64,000 bases of DNA from the NCBI GenBank assembly GCA_050230475.1, contig JBFLGF010000004.1:1-64000 (forward strand). Reading direction: 5' to 3'. Each line of letters begins with the position of its first letter. Position 1 is the stretch's first letter. A model generated the notes under the pieces. That model did not search any database. It saw only the letters and a list, made by a program, of their open reading frames with translations, and had not been told where the DNA came from. Of the stretch, positions 1 to 15,889 are shown piece by piece. The translations under genes and the position numbers were made by a program. Source of the stretch: Ancylonema sp. (taxonomy: Eukaryota).

Positions 1-38
<38 letters not shown>

Positions 39-42
39 ACAG

Positions 43-3251
<3,209 letters not shown>

Positions 3252-5496
3252 GGTCGTGTTTATCCACTGCGGCTTGGAGATGTGTCCACTTCGTGAGATT
3301 TCGAAATTTGGTCCACCTTTAATGTACTTGTATTATGTATAACCTATTATTAACCTAGTAACCTAGTAACCTAGCAACCTAGTGTTGGTTTGGATTGGAG
3401 TCGCAAACCATGTAATGTTTAACAGCAAGTGAGGATGATGCCTGTGTGGAGGAAGTATACATAAGTTGTATACGAGATTGAAATGAGAAGTAATTTTTAG
3501 TCAGTAATAGTGGTATGTCGTGTGGGCTTCCTTGTGAATAGTAGGTCATGTACGAGACAGACGAGATAAAAATTGATGCAAGCACTAAGCACACATTCTT
3601 AAAATACTACAACGAAGGTTAGATAGGTAGAGCGAGCAAGCGAGCTTAGGTTGGCGTAATCGAGCAGCCGTCTTAGAAGGAAGGACATTGTTGGAAGGAT
3701 CCGTCGTATAGTTTGGTATTTATGGAAAAGGCTAATTAGATGCGTGCGGTGTGGGACTTTGTTTCGCAATAACAAGTCAACTACATACTTTATAGAGATG
3801 GTCGCATTCATAATTGGCCCCGAACCGCCCGAGCATTCTCCGGGCGTGTCCATGACATGTCCGGACCCGGACGAGTCATAAACACATCCCGGTCGCGGAC
3901 TCATCCCTTACCATTTAAAAAAAAGACGTGCCTCGATCTGCTTAAAAAAAACCCCCAAAAAAAAAAAAAAAAAAAAAGGGGGGGGGGGGGAGGGAAACAC
4001 TTTCCATTCCCCATCCCCCTTTGTTGTCCGGGGTTTCTATGGACAAGTCCGGAATAACTAGTGTCCAAGACAAATAGGAGACCGTTCCCGGACAAAGTTG
4101 TCTGCCGGAAAATCACACGGACCTTCGAAACCGGGTTCTAAGGTCCGCATCTAAAACCGGTAGTCCGTCCTTCCCCAAACCGGCCAAGAGGCCAAAACCC
4201 CAAATTGTAGTACTTTTCGTTTTTCTTTTGGGGTTTTAAAAGGTTTTCCGTGGAGATTCGGGAACGATTCATTTCGTAAATAACCGGGTCATATGCTTGG
4301 TACAAAAATGTGAAAATCATGTATCAGCGGAAATTCATGGCTATGTCCAACTTTGCCCCCAAAAATGCTCGCCAAGAATAAGCATTAGTATGGGAATGGA
4401 GCGGTACATCCCCGTCCGCATCTCAGACCTTGGCGGGTCTTGGTTCCAAATGTTGGGTTTGCCTGTTCGAGTAAACTATGTTGTGAGGTTTTAGGTAAGG
4501 TCATTCGTGTCGCAAATGTGGTATCATGTATCAAAATACACTCACAAATTCGAATTCGGAAGAAATGAGGGCTTCCGTGCAAATTTGTTTGGTTCAGCCT
4601 TGAATTGAAGGAGAGAGCACACTCGTTCACTTGATTGATGTTTATTTGTGCAAGCCGACTACGCTCAGCGTGTGACATAAAGTGGTCTAATGGGTTGAAA
4701 GTGCATCATTACATTGACACTAAGAACGAGCAAGTGGGCCCATGCAATTTTTCAACTTTTTTTTTCCCGGTTTGGATGGACGAATCATGGTGGACATCAT
4801 GCGAAATTTATATTCATCCAATGGTAAGCGATTGGCGCTCCCGAAGACAGTCTCAATGTATAGAAATCGTACCATCACTGTTTAAAAACTTGTACATTTT
4901 CGTGATCCGGACGTCCTACTAGCCAAAGGCTTCATACTAAATCACAACACAGAGTAGGTCCGTTGCGCACACTTGTTCAATTCTTCGTACCCGTTTTGAG
5001 TGAAGGTTAAGCTGCTTTGTTTCTTTGCTTTGTGCGACCAACCTACAAAGCGTGCGGGTCGGAGTATGCAACACACAACCATGAGAACTCAAACTACTTC
5101 ACTAGTCTAACAACTTGAATGACACCATCGATCCTACAGATTCTAGGCATGAACGAATACAAAGTCCTCTCTAATATCAATTTCAATCTGGTCATCTCGC
5201 TAGCAAACGCTTTTCTCGGCCAGACAAGCCTACTCCTGTTTGGCCAATAATTCTTAATGGCTGTATTATTTTGGACAAATGGACACGGTTCTACGCTGAA
5301 ACTATCCTGGTCTGAACTCATCACTTCTGCCTCAGAAGTGTAACATCTACGCGCATATATATGTTCTGGAATGAAATATAGGTAAGTAAGAGGCAGATCA
5401 CAAGGGAGAGGGATATCGCAGTCCTGAAGATGCGGAAGGACAAGGACGGAACCTGATTCGCGATTGATACCCGAGCAGTGTAAGGAGTGCAGGTCA

Positions 5497-6090
5497 TCAT
5501 ATGACACAAGTGAAGTCTGCCACTAAAGATTCCTGAGTAGTGAAGGCCAGCAGCCCTTCCTTCCACTTAATGATATCATCGGACTGTGTGCCTTGCTCCA
5601 AAAGCTCGAGACTTTCCGCCAGCATCACAAAACCCCAGTGGTAAATCTGGTGAGAAACTGAATCGAAGTTCTTCCCGCACCCGACCTGTACGGTTTTGGG
5701 AAGACTCGTCATGATGACAGGCAGCACGCCGACCACGGTTGTTTTCGACAGGTCCTCCATACCCGGCTTCATCTCATAAAGCTTCACGTGAACCGCTTTG
5801 ATATCTGGCGTGAACACTCCGGGAGGGATTTCGGACTCCCAACATAAAGACAGGGAAGTCTCCGTCAGGGGCTCCAGAAACTTCTCCTGGACTTCCTTGT
5901 AAGCCTCACTCGATAAATAACCGTCTAGAGCTGCTCTGCTTCTGAACCTACAGTAGAGACCGAAATCCCACTCCCCCGCTGTAGGTTCTGTCAGGGGTCC
6001 AAATGCGTAATGGGGAAGGTCTGGAACGGTCGGATTGCGTCCACGAACGCCTCAACCTGCGCCTCGCTGGCGTGCGGTATCGATTGCGGG
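5497..6090 (-). pseudogene. Frameshifted, intronless stress-responsive A/B barrel (double Dabb, UP3-like) gene
   Basis: The frame of ORF 5497-5817 stays open upstream to about 6050 and reads LPHYAFGPLTEPTAGEWDFGLYCRFRSRAALDGYLSSEAYKEVQEKFLEPL...LCWE...AVHVKLYEMKPG...VQVGCGKNFD...WGFVML...LVADF*. The expected N-terminal helix PHASEAQVEAFVDAIRPFQT is in another frame, with the shift near 6010-6025. No clear ATG. Confidence 0.65.
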
Positions 6091-6137
6091 AAAAAAACGA
6101 CAGAATTTTGACATGTGTCAGGTGGTGTCCGACATTT

Positions 6138-6261
6138 CACCTGTCAAGGTCCTTCGGTGCAGAAATGCCACCTGTCAAGGTTCTACGGTGCAGAAATGCC
6201 ACCTGTCAAGGTCCTAAGGAGAAAAAATACCACCTGTCAAGGTCCTACGGTGCAGAAACGA
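6138..6261. repeat. 31-bp minisatellite, 4 copies
   Basis: Unit CACCTGTCAAGGTCCTwCGGTGCAGAAATGC starts at 6138, 6169, 6200 and 6231, with no spacers. Confidence 0.9.
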
Positions 6262-7250
6262 CCGCTGCATCTGCCCAGATGCCAACCAGTATGATTTTTT
6301 GAAAAGGTTTTATGTTTCCAGAAGTTAAGGGGATCGTATCTGGCCGCGCATTCCACAGCACGACGCTCTACAGACTGGAATCTGTTTATGGAGGGGCTGA
6401 GTCTGTTGCTTCTTTCGTGAGTAAGAAGTTAGTCGTACCCTTCACAAAGATCCACCAGACCTGTATTGTACTTCAATCCCTATCACCGGAAAGTCCTTTC
6501 ATGTCGTGAATCTGTCTCTAAGTGCAAGGCTATGAAGACTTCAGTTCAAACGCGCGTAGTCGGGTCTGGATCTCCATCACCCGCGGCCTTCAACAACAGA
6601 AAATTACAGTCCAGCATCTCACACTTGGCTTTCAGTCAACACGCCCAATATTTACTAGGCTCACCTCAATCAGCGTGACTCGCTCCACCGGCAGAGGCGT
6701 GTGGTCTATTTCCGTAATCGTCATGTCAGACTGAGGTCGGGACACCCAAAGAACCACCATCCCTACGTCATATTGAACGCCGTGAACTCGTCGCAGGCTC
6801 TGCTATGTCAAATTTATAGATAATCAGCTTTGGCAATTATTGCAACCCCCACCCGGCCATATGTACAGAAGCTTGGATGACGACGAAAAACCATTGACCG
6901 TCGCCGGTTGGGTCTCCGGCGGCAGAACTTGTGGCCAGGATGAGTTTGGAAGACGTGCATTTGGGCACACGTGAAGCATTTTTGTGTGCGTGTTTAGACG
7001 TACGAAGTCGGACGTGTACACCTGTCTAAATTCATAATGTCGGGACCAGCAAAAAATATGCATTTGAAGTTTGAAGATATGAAAATCGCGAATTCGTGCT
7101 CGTTTCAATCATTGCGCGCCGTCCGGTGGCGCGCGGAAATTGCTCTGCTGACGGGACATATTTATGTACATCTCTGTACCTTTTCATCCTTGCTGGCGTT
7201 CAAAAAGGTACGAAATTTGAGAAGTTGGAAATCCTGCATCAGAACAAAAA

Positions 7251-7960
7251 GGGCTTAGCTAGGGCAACGTCCGAGGAGTCTGGGGCAACGTCCCATTTTC
7301 AGCGAGTTCCTCGTGTTCGATCGAAAGTATTGACGATGACCGTAGACGATGACCGTAGATACGGCTCGAATTTAACTCGAGTTCCCTGAACCGTCGGTCT
7401 AAATTGGTCGTATTGGCCGGAATCTCGCCCAAATTTTGATGTCTCGTCTGGGCAACGTGGCCGTCGCAGACACCAGTACCAGGTGTTTTAAATCCCGGTC
7501 CACGACCTGTAGATCGCGGTAGCTCGTCCGCGTGGTAACTGAAAGGTTACGATCGACGGCATGTGGTCCACGTAGGGAAATAACCCAGATATCGGTGTAG
7601 CCCAGATGTCCGGCGGGAGTTACACGGTGGCTAGTTTCTGCCCCGCTGAATCGATGGCATGACCCTGCTGGTCGTAACCTTCCGCTAACCACGTGGACGA
7701 GCTACCGCGATCTACAGGTCGTGGACCGGGATTCTAAACACCTGGTACTGGTGTCTGCGACGGCCACGCTGCCCAGACGAGACATCAAAATTTGGGCGAG
7801 ATTCCGGCCAATACGACAAATTTAGACCGACGGCTCAGGGAACTCGAGTTCAAATCGAGCCGTATCTACGGTCATCGTCAATACTTTCGATCGAACACGA
7901 GGAACTCGCTGAAAATGGGACGTTGCCCCAGACTCCCCGGACGTTGCCCTAGCTAAGCCC
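7251..7960. mobile_element. Non-autonomous Mutator-like (MULE/foldback) element with about 300-bp TIRs and a 9-bp TSD
   Basis: 7251-~7552 (GGGCTTAGCTAGGGCAACGTCC...) is the near-perfect reverse complement of ~7672-7960 (...GGACGTTGCCCTAGCTAAGCCC). Direct repeat GAACAAAAA at 7242-7250 and 7961-7969. The spacer is about 120 bp. Confidence 0.92.
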
Positions 7961-8089
7961 GAACAAAAAACGTCGCTGAAAGTATCGTTTGCAATGATTG
8001 CTCTGTGATGATTAGAAGTTCAACAAAGCCGAAATACCCCGGAGCAGGGTATTTCCAGCGGCACAGGTTCCAAAACCTCGACCACAATC

Positions 8090-8950
8090 TACCAAGGTCA
8101 ACATTGGCGGTTTTTATTTTCCTCGGAACCACCTGGGAACTGAGCCATCATCACGCATCCCAAACTAAACGGAAGATCTTTTCTGTGGTAGATCGCGACA
8201 AACTTATTTCCAGGCTCCCAGATTTGACGTCCAAGATTCTCTTATTTTAAACATGAGACGTTATTGAAGTTCACGGACGGCGGTAATTTGTCGTTGTCCA
8301 TACCCGCACGTGCATATTACAATTCTGTCGTACATATTTCTGACAGCTGGTTATTAACTCCCACCGCGAAAATCGCCATCCCCAATGTTCGGGTGGGGTA
8401 CCGTATATTTTGGTTGTATATGGACAGAACCACCTGCACGACAGGTTCTTATGTTCCAATGCAGGTTCTTAGGCCCGGAATGCCACCGGGAATGGCCTCT
8501 GGGAATCCTAAAAGGTATCCCACTTTTTCCCCGGGAATGTGTGGTAACCTCCTGGCAAACTGGGAAAAAGGTCGGCGTCCTACGGCACGTTGTCGAATCG
8601 TTTGAAAAACGACAAATCCGTTACGAGGAATTTAAAGACCAGTGCGCACCGAACATCCTATCGTTGGAAACCGTGCCAGATCGTACGCGTAATGGTTACG
8701 AATTCCGACGACGTCTCGGAATTTCGTTTACACGCGTGAGTTCGGGCAGAAATAAGTTTCTCGGACGCCGAAACGTTCCGAGGTAAATAATGACCGATAA
8801 CCTGGAGCAGGACCTTCGAGTTAACAACACTACCCGAGTAGTCAAAAAATAAACCAACCTGGGAACTAACGGCCACCGTGAGTTACGGGGAATCTCTGTT
8901 GGTGTTCCGAGGAAAATAAAAACCGCCATTACTGCTTGGCTGTCCGAGCT
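8090..8950. mobile_element. Degenerate inverted-repeat (foldback-like) element; boundaries approximate
   Basis: GGCGGTTTTTATTTTCCTCGGAAC (~8106-8129) is the exact reverse complement of GTTCCGAGGAAAATAAAAACCGCC (~8904-8927). Pairing around it is weaker. No TSD found. Confidence 0.45.
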
Positions 8951-10834
8951 GGCCGAACTCAACATTTCACGTCCTACGTGGCTATATGTTAGGGCATACC
9001 GTACTGGGCACCGTAAATGATTTTTTTATGAATTATAGAAACCCATCATTTAAATCAATTACTAAATGGCTAAAAAAGGATGCTCAAAATCATCAATAAA
9101 TCCCGTTTTGGGAATCATTTACGGGAACTTTGGTGCCACCTGGATGTGACTCTTGATGTGATGAAACGGGGTACACGACAAAGTAGGCACGTGCAAGAGG
9201 ATACATTTGTGGACGAGTGATATTTACGACGTCAGAAACTACGTACCGGGCCGTGAAGTCCCAGGATATGGGAAATAATACCGACTAGACGCGCTACACG
9301 ACAAATTGAGACCATCCATAACGACAAAATTGTGGCCGGTCGAGATGTCGCGACGAGTACGAGTACTTGCCACGTGCACTTGTGACGTCAAAATGTACGG
9401 TAAATATGTAGGAATGACCGAGATAAGGACAAATCATTTGATTTTAAATTCCTAAACAAGGAAATATTTTACGCTTTTTATTCCTACAATCCGGAATAAT
9501 CCTCAAAAATCATCGATAACAACTAACGGAATTTCGTGATCATTTTGAAAAATCTTTACGAAAATAATTAATTTTGGGAAAACAGAAATCATTTAGGTGT
9601 CTGCAACAAATTTACTCCGTCGTGTAGTCATGGTCATCATCACGAAAACATTATTCGGTAATCATTGCAAGTGCCGAACCTGGTTTGTTTCTCTCGACAA
9701 TGTCACAACCTATTACTATATTGTCGCAACCACGAAATCGGTCGTCAACCTAAAATTACTCACGAGAAACACGTTGCTAACATGGAGTGACATGGAGTCC
9801 TTGCCAAGTGGCAAGGAAACCGGGACCAAAACTGCGGAAATGCATATCTGCAAAAAAGTATTGAGATGACCGAGGTTTATTCAGGACCCGGGTGTTAGCC
9901 ATGCGACAGTGCTCCGTCGATATAAGGACCCTCTTTATTAAGACAATCAAGATGTAAGGACCATTTTTCAAAACCTTTTTTTAAAAATCAATACAAAATT
10001 GCCCTTGATATTACCATAATGACACTCGTAAAAACAAATTATTTCAAAATTTTGTTACTGAATGTCCTTGTAGTGTGTATAAAACGGGTTTTCTCGCATA
10101 TAACGATGTATGGAAATCGAGAAAAATATTGGATCCGAAATTTAGAAAATAATGTCGATGCATGTGATGAAAATTATGGGTGCAATAATAAACGTCTCTT
10201 TCATCCAACTTAGAGTCGAATCATGTCCATATCAGTAGTGTGTCCGTGTGTTATGCCTCATTGAAAGTTGTTGCTAACAATCTTGTAATCTATTTCAAAT
10301 CGCAAGAATGTACACAAAGGATGTGAAGTCGTATGTTTTTGTTGGAATGGATAATAATTTTGAATAATGGTTGCGGTTCAGAGTTCAAAACTAATGTAGT
10401 TCTACTCATGACTAGTTTTGGATTGTCTTTCCTTTCAAGAATTGTCCATGTTGTTCATGACCTTATTGTTTAATCCATGTCCAACAAAATAACGACTAGG
10501 ACTATGTTGCTTAGTAATACCTTAATACTCCTCACCTCTCCTCGTGAAGTTGGATGATTGAGTTTTGCTAGTCGCAATGTATTGGTCTCATTACGCACTT
10601 GTATGTTCGCATCACAACACCCACGCTTAGTTGGATGATGATGCCAAGGCAAGTGACTCTAGGCACCATGTAAACAACATATTTGCTTATTTGCTTTACT
10701 TCATTCACGAGGTCCCTCGATACAAGGACACACATTTTGAAATCCACTCGTAAATGTGCGTATAAGAACACCTCGATATAAGGACAATTTTCTTCCAAAA
10801 AAAAAATGTCCTTATATTGAGGGAGCACTGTGTG

Positions 10835-11290
10835 TGTGCTGAGTCCGGACTCCACTCGGGCGCTTATAGCCGGGTGTGATTGTAATAGAGGGGTCGACAA
10901 CGTTTGTGTCCCGGGCACCCGAGTCGTTTTGCTAGGCATGGATGATGTCGTCATATTGAGTGTTGTTGCTAGTTAAGTAGGCTAGATGCATCATTTCAGA
11001 ATGCATCTAGCAACGTGGCTAAGCATGATCTGCTATGCCTAGTCATAACGTCCGGCATAAGCCGTTGACAGTTTCTCTTAGGTGTTGGATTATGATAGGC
11101 CGACAGTAATAGATCCGACCGTCGGCACATTGTTCATTGTCAAAGTGCATCGGGTATAATCATCGGATGCTGCTCATAATTCAACTACTCATTTCCGTCG
11201 ACTCTTTTGTATTATCGCTTATCACGTTCTTGTTCAATTGAAGAATCGGAGAGAGATATTGTTGTGTACGGCTATTGTGAGTGGGAAGTT
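10835..11290 (+). mobile_element. Diverged solo LTR or LTR remnant related to the copia LTRs at 46040 and 51729
   Basis: Shares blocks with the LTRs in the same order: TCGGGCGC, GTCCGGCAT.GCCGTTGACA, TAGGCCGAC, CCGACCGTCGGCACA, GCAT.GGGTAT. Ends not resolved. Confidence 0.55.
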
Positions 11291-11344
11291 TGCATATCTC
11301 GGTGTATCAAAGTTTAAACAGGGCAAACGTGAATTCACATGCCG

Positions 11345-12262
11345 TGAGTCACGAGGTAGGGACTAGGGTGATAGGACGGTGTCGCCAAACCTAGTCCAAG
11401 ACCTAGTGACGAGTCGTCCTACCGCGGTAGCTACCGATGCCACATTTGCAGTAGGGGGTAGGGAGTTTAGCCCAACGGCGGTTGGCTCGGTAGGGGGTAG
11501 GACGGTAGGGACGAACAGGTAGGGATTTGTAGGAATTGGTTGGGATTCGAACAATCTTCGGTTGTTCATTAAACCTAAAACCGTAATATAAACCGTAAAT
11601 AAATATTGTAAGTACGGATTCGGTACATAAAATATAATCATCAATTAACACGTCGGTGGACCGGGAAGAAGCAATAACTATCACGGTACACTTGCGTAAG
11701 GTCGGGACGGGTTTGTTTTTTTTTTTTTTCCCCCAAGGTTGGATATTTATTTTGAGAGTATTAATGACGACAGTTTTAGCGGTTTTATATTGGTTGTAAT
11801 TTAGCTCAATTGATTGATGTAATATCCGTTCTCAAATTAATTGGGCGACCCATAGATCGCATCGTGAAAGGCGTCAAATACTGTAAGGATAGTTTCGCGT
11901 CTCTTCCACGGGTTACTGTGTTTTGGTTTCACATATACATAAAAAACCTATAAATAAACATCACACAAAGCTAACGACAAGGATATACACTCGTCTACTT
12001 TGTGTGATGTATCGATCCAAAATGTTTGTTTCCTTGAGGTTGCAATTTTTGCCTTTCATTTCACGCGAAGAAAAACATTCCTATCGTTTCCTACCGCAAC
12101 GTACCGTCTCCGTGTCGATTTTTATATCGCCTACCGCTGCCCTACTCCCTACACATGCACAACGGGCAAAAATCGGTAGAAAAGCGGTAGGGGGTAGATA
12201 CTGGCTACCACCCCCCTACCGCGAGCCAAAAATGCGGTGTTGCCAAGTACTCGTGACCCAAC
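11345..12262. mobile_element. Putative non-autonomous DNA transposon with GGTAGG/CCTACC subterminal repeats
   Basis: Short imperfect TIRs (GAGTCACGAG ... CTCGTGACCC). GGTAGG repeats cluster at the left end and CCTACC repeats at the right end. Confidence 0.4.
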
Positions 12263-13639
12263 CCAAAAACAATATATATTTCATCTGTCATTTTCAGGTT
12301 TTCCTCCTTCCCCCGGTATCACAGTTTTTCCCTCCCAAAAATGTACGCGGGAAAATATATCGTTGTACGTGTTCATGTTGGTGACTCCACGTCACTTTCA
12401 GACGCTCAATTTGTTAAATATTTCATAGGGAAAATATGGCGCGGCCATTGCAAGTTTTTACTTGCTCTCTTTCGCGCCATGGCAGCACGTGGTGCAATTT
12501 CATTGGCCGGAAGCACCACCCGACCTTCCACTCTGGCACACACATCCGGCTTTGGAGAAGCAAGGGATGTGTAAGGTAGAGGAGAAAAGTAAGATTATAA
12601 AAATATTGTTGAATCGTTGAGAGCACGATTTGAAAGAGAAAATACAACGAAGGTTGAAGCACATGTCAAGTGCCATCAGATTACGGGTAAAACCATATTC
12701 TCGCTACATTTTCACATGGAAGTATAAATTTTAAATGGGAATGAGGAAAAATATATGGAGTGAAGATGAGCATAGGATAATTTTAGAAAAAAAATACAAA
12801 CATTTCATTCAACTAATTGTACATAAATAAATCAATAGAAAAACAGTTTGTAAAGAAGCGAGCAAAACAGACAACTGCACCAAAAATCATGAGAGTGTCT
12901 CATGCGGAAAATCATTTTGGATATTTTTACAATGGATGCCATTTTTTTATTTTTTGTTTTTTAGATAGAGCATGACGATCTACACAAAAAAAAACTAATT
13001 TTCGATTGTTGCCGTGCCATATAACCCCTCATAACAACGTTGACTTGGAAAACCCCTAAATCATCCGGTTCCAAACCGCGGCTACTTTTGTCTGAACCGG
13101 TTCCATCTAAGATCCGGCTCGGAAACGGTTCGGAGTTCGTTTAACCATGCATCTGGTCGGGTCTACGATGATCATGTCAACAAGGGTGTGACCCTCAACC
13201 AGATATAAGGTGACAATGTTGACCCTCCCTCCACGGTCCCCCGGGATGGAGGATGGTAAATAATCATCCGCTCGCGCTATGCACTCTGGCCCAACTTGCG
13301 GATGATGTGGTGCATAGCGTCGCGTACATCATCATACGATGTGGCGCATAAGGTGGGTGAAAAAACATACATAAGGTGCCCACATTCATACGCATCATAA
13401 GAAATAAGGCAAGGTTGGGGAAGCTTGTAAAAATTGGGCGGGCGTGAAGCGAAGATAAGACAAAATCGGGGACGCGTGTGGCAAATGGTGGACTCTGGTT
13501 TATTTATTTTTCCTGTAGCGTGAAATTTGAAGCTTATACCAGGAGGGGGAGTTGGCGTGAGGAAAAAAAACAAGGTTCAAGAAAATCAAAAAATAAATAA
13601 AATAAAAAGAGAGACGTTTCTCATCAGGATTTTTCCAAT

Positions 13640-14042
13640 ACACTCAAACCCCGATATAAGAAACCCAAAAATCTCGGGATTTTTTTTTAATAATAGCTGA
13701 TATTTATTGTTTCGTGTGTAAGATACTTGACTTTGGGAGACCTCGCGAAAATGTTTCTCATGACGAGGTTTGGACACGTGGATCCATGTAGTCAAATGTT
13801 TGAGCGTGCAATTTTTTTTTGTACATGTGGACGAGCAATACTTGAATCGGAGGACCAAAGAGTCTCTCGGGATAATATTTTCAATTTCGTTCTACGCATA
13901 AATTATAAGTTACAGGCGATTGCGAAAAATCATATGAGGAAATCAATACACGAAATACCAAATTGAGGGTTTTACTCTGTATAAGAAACCGGTAATAGTA
14001 AAAGTCGGAAATGTGTGTTTCTTATATCGGAGTCTTCGCTGA
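13640..14042. mobile_element. Degenerate pogo/Tc1-like MITE
   Basis: Left end TACACTCAAACCCCGATATAAGAAAC and right end GTTTCTTATATCGGAGTCTTCGCTG form an imperfect inverted pair. Confidence 0.4.
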
Positions 14043-15889
14043 CAATAAGGACAACTGTTAGGTATGAAATTGAAGAGTCGTGCTTGTTTAGGTACACATT
14101 GTTTTATGTGTAAGGTTTAAACGATTTCCTAAGTGTGTGTAGTTTCGATGTCTCATGACACCATTTTATCAATGATGAGACAAGTTTTCCATAATATATG
14201 CGATGTGTTTAACATGCACAATGAAATGTTTGAAATCAAAATCTGCATACGAAAACGTCGAATTTTTTAAAGGTAAGTACTCCGTAGTATATTTTCCAAG
14301 GATACCACATTTGAAATGTAGTATCCTTGTGAAATGTGACATTTCTAGACGTGTTGTTTTCATCGAAGAAATACCCCCCAAAAAAACTCATATTAGTGGG
14401 TGTGTTGACGTCGTATAATCGGCGTTTTCTATAATACCAGCCAATAGCATGAAGGTGAACAGAATTACGCATTTTGAGCTCGACAAAAGTTGGCGAGACT
14501 GGGGGAATTGGTACATTGAGTTAAAAAATCAATGTACCGATTCGGCGTCGAGATAGACATCGATCCATCCCAATATCTTTATCGTAATTGTGTCCACATG
14601 ATTATATATAATCGTCATTACTCTCATGGGTACATCAATGGGAATTATCGACATCAAACACGTTGACTTTTTTTTTGGATGCCATTATCGGTGGCATCAC
14701 CTCATACGGAAACTTCACCAAATTGCATCGAGAAGGAAGTGCAAAAACGTATGGATGACGTGTTAATTTTAATCAGTCGGTTGCTTTCCTAAAGATTGTT
14801 TGCGCTTATCTTTTTGCGCTGAAAAGTCTTAAATTGTTGCACTCGTGTCGTCAGGATTTATCTGGGCAGCCTATTCAGGCCGCCGCTATACACAGACTCG
14901 GGATGTCATTTATAGAGAGCGGATATTCGGTGTTGACGAGGTAGGCGTACAGGCAGTGTGGTTTCCTAGACACCGCGAATACAGTAGATCCCATCGACGG
15001 ATGTTAAAATTTCCAAAAATAATGACTACGGGCTACGACAAACGGCTTGCTTTGGCGATCATTCTGCAGACTTCGTTTTCGACTTCATCGGCATTAATAT
15101 ACCTACGGTCTTGCTAACAGCACGTGTTGCCCCCCGGGGCTGCTACTGAGAATTTCTTTACTAGCACGAAGCTTGGGCCTATAATTGTGGCCACATGTCA
15201 TCAGTCACGATACTGAGAGTCCACGTCTGTGGCTCATTAGAGTGGTTCGAATCAACGAGCCGTTTTGGCCTTCCACTTGCCGAATGCAGGTCTCCCAAAT
15301 GACGACGGTACGAGGACGAGATAGGAAGCAAATATATGGTCGAGTGTTGATTCCAGTACCTAGGATTCTATGAACAGATGATTGGTATTGGGTGAAAACC
15401 GAAACTTTCCTGTCCACTCCGTCACTTATTACGGTGCGCACTTGTCAGTGTATTCTTTATCCTTGAAAGTAGCAGGCAAAGCGGCCAAAGGTAACCAGCT
15501 CGACCAGCGAAGAGCTAGAATGTTGGTAGCGGACTTTCGTAATGTCGATTTGCTTTTTTTTAGTTATTCTGATTATAACTGTCTGTGGTGCTGTCATCGG
15601 TTTCCGTGTCAGCGAATTGCTGAAGATTCAGGATTTTGAGGAAAGCATATGGGATTAAGAAGGTTGGAGCGCAAGCATATTTGATTTGCGGAGACGGCAG
15701 AAATTATGGTTGCTGACAAAGCCCTCTGCTGCCAGAAATAACATATTTTCAAATGGATCTGAGAATTAGGTCTCACGGATACCGACATCGAAGTCATTTC
15801 TGCTCGTAGAGCTTGTCTCAGCGGCTCTTCACTTCGCCTTAAAAATACCTTCATTCGCCTCACTGAATTCACGTGGAAACTCGGCCGCG

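Noticed and set aside
5094..5507. 137-aa minus-strand ORF downstream of the Dabb-like sequence
   Set aside because: No recognisable motif or splice support. Probably 3' flanking sequence.
6138..6261. CRISPR-like array of 31-bp repeats
   Set aside because: The units are head-to-tail with no spacers, there are no cas genes, and the context is eukaryotic.
3810..13270. One large DNA transposon spanning the CCGG-rich clusters at ~3.8-4.3 kb and ~13.0-13.3 kb
   Set aside because: Both look like hAT subterminal debris, but I could not find matching TIRs or a TSD.
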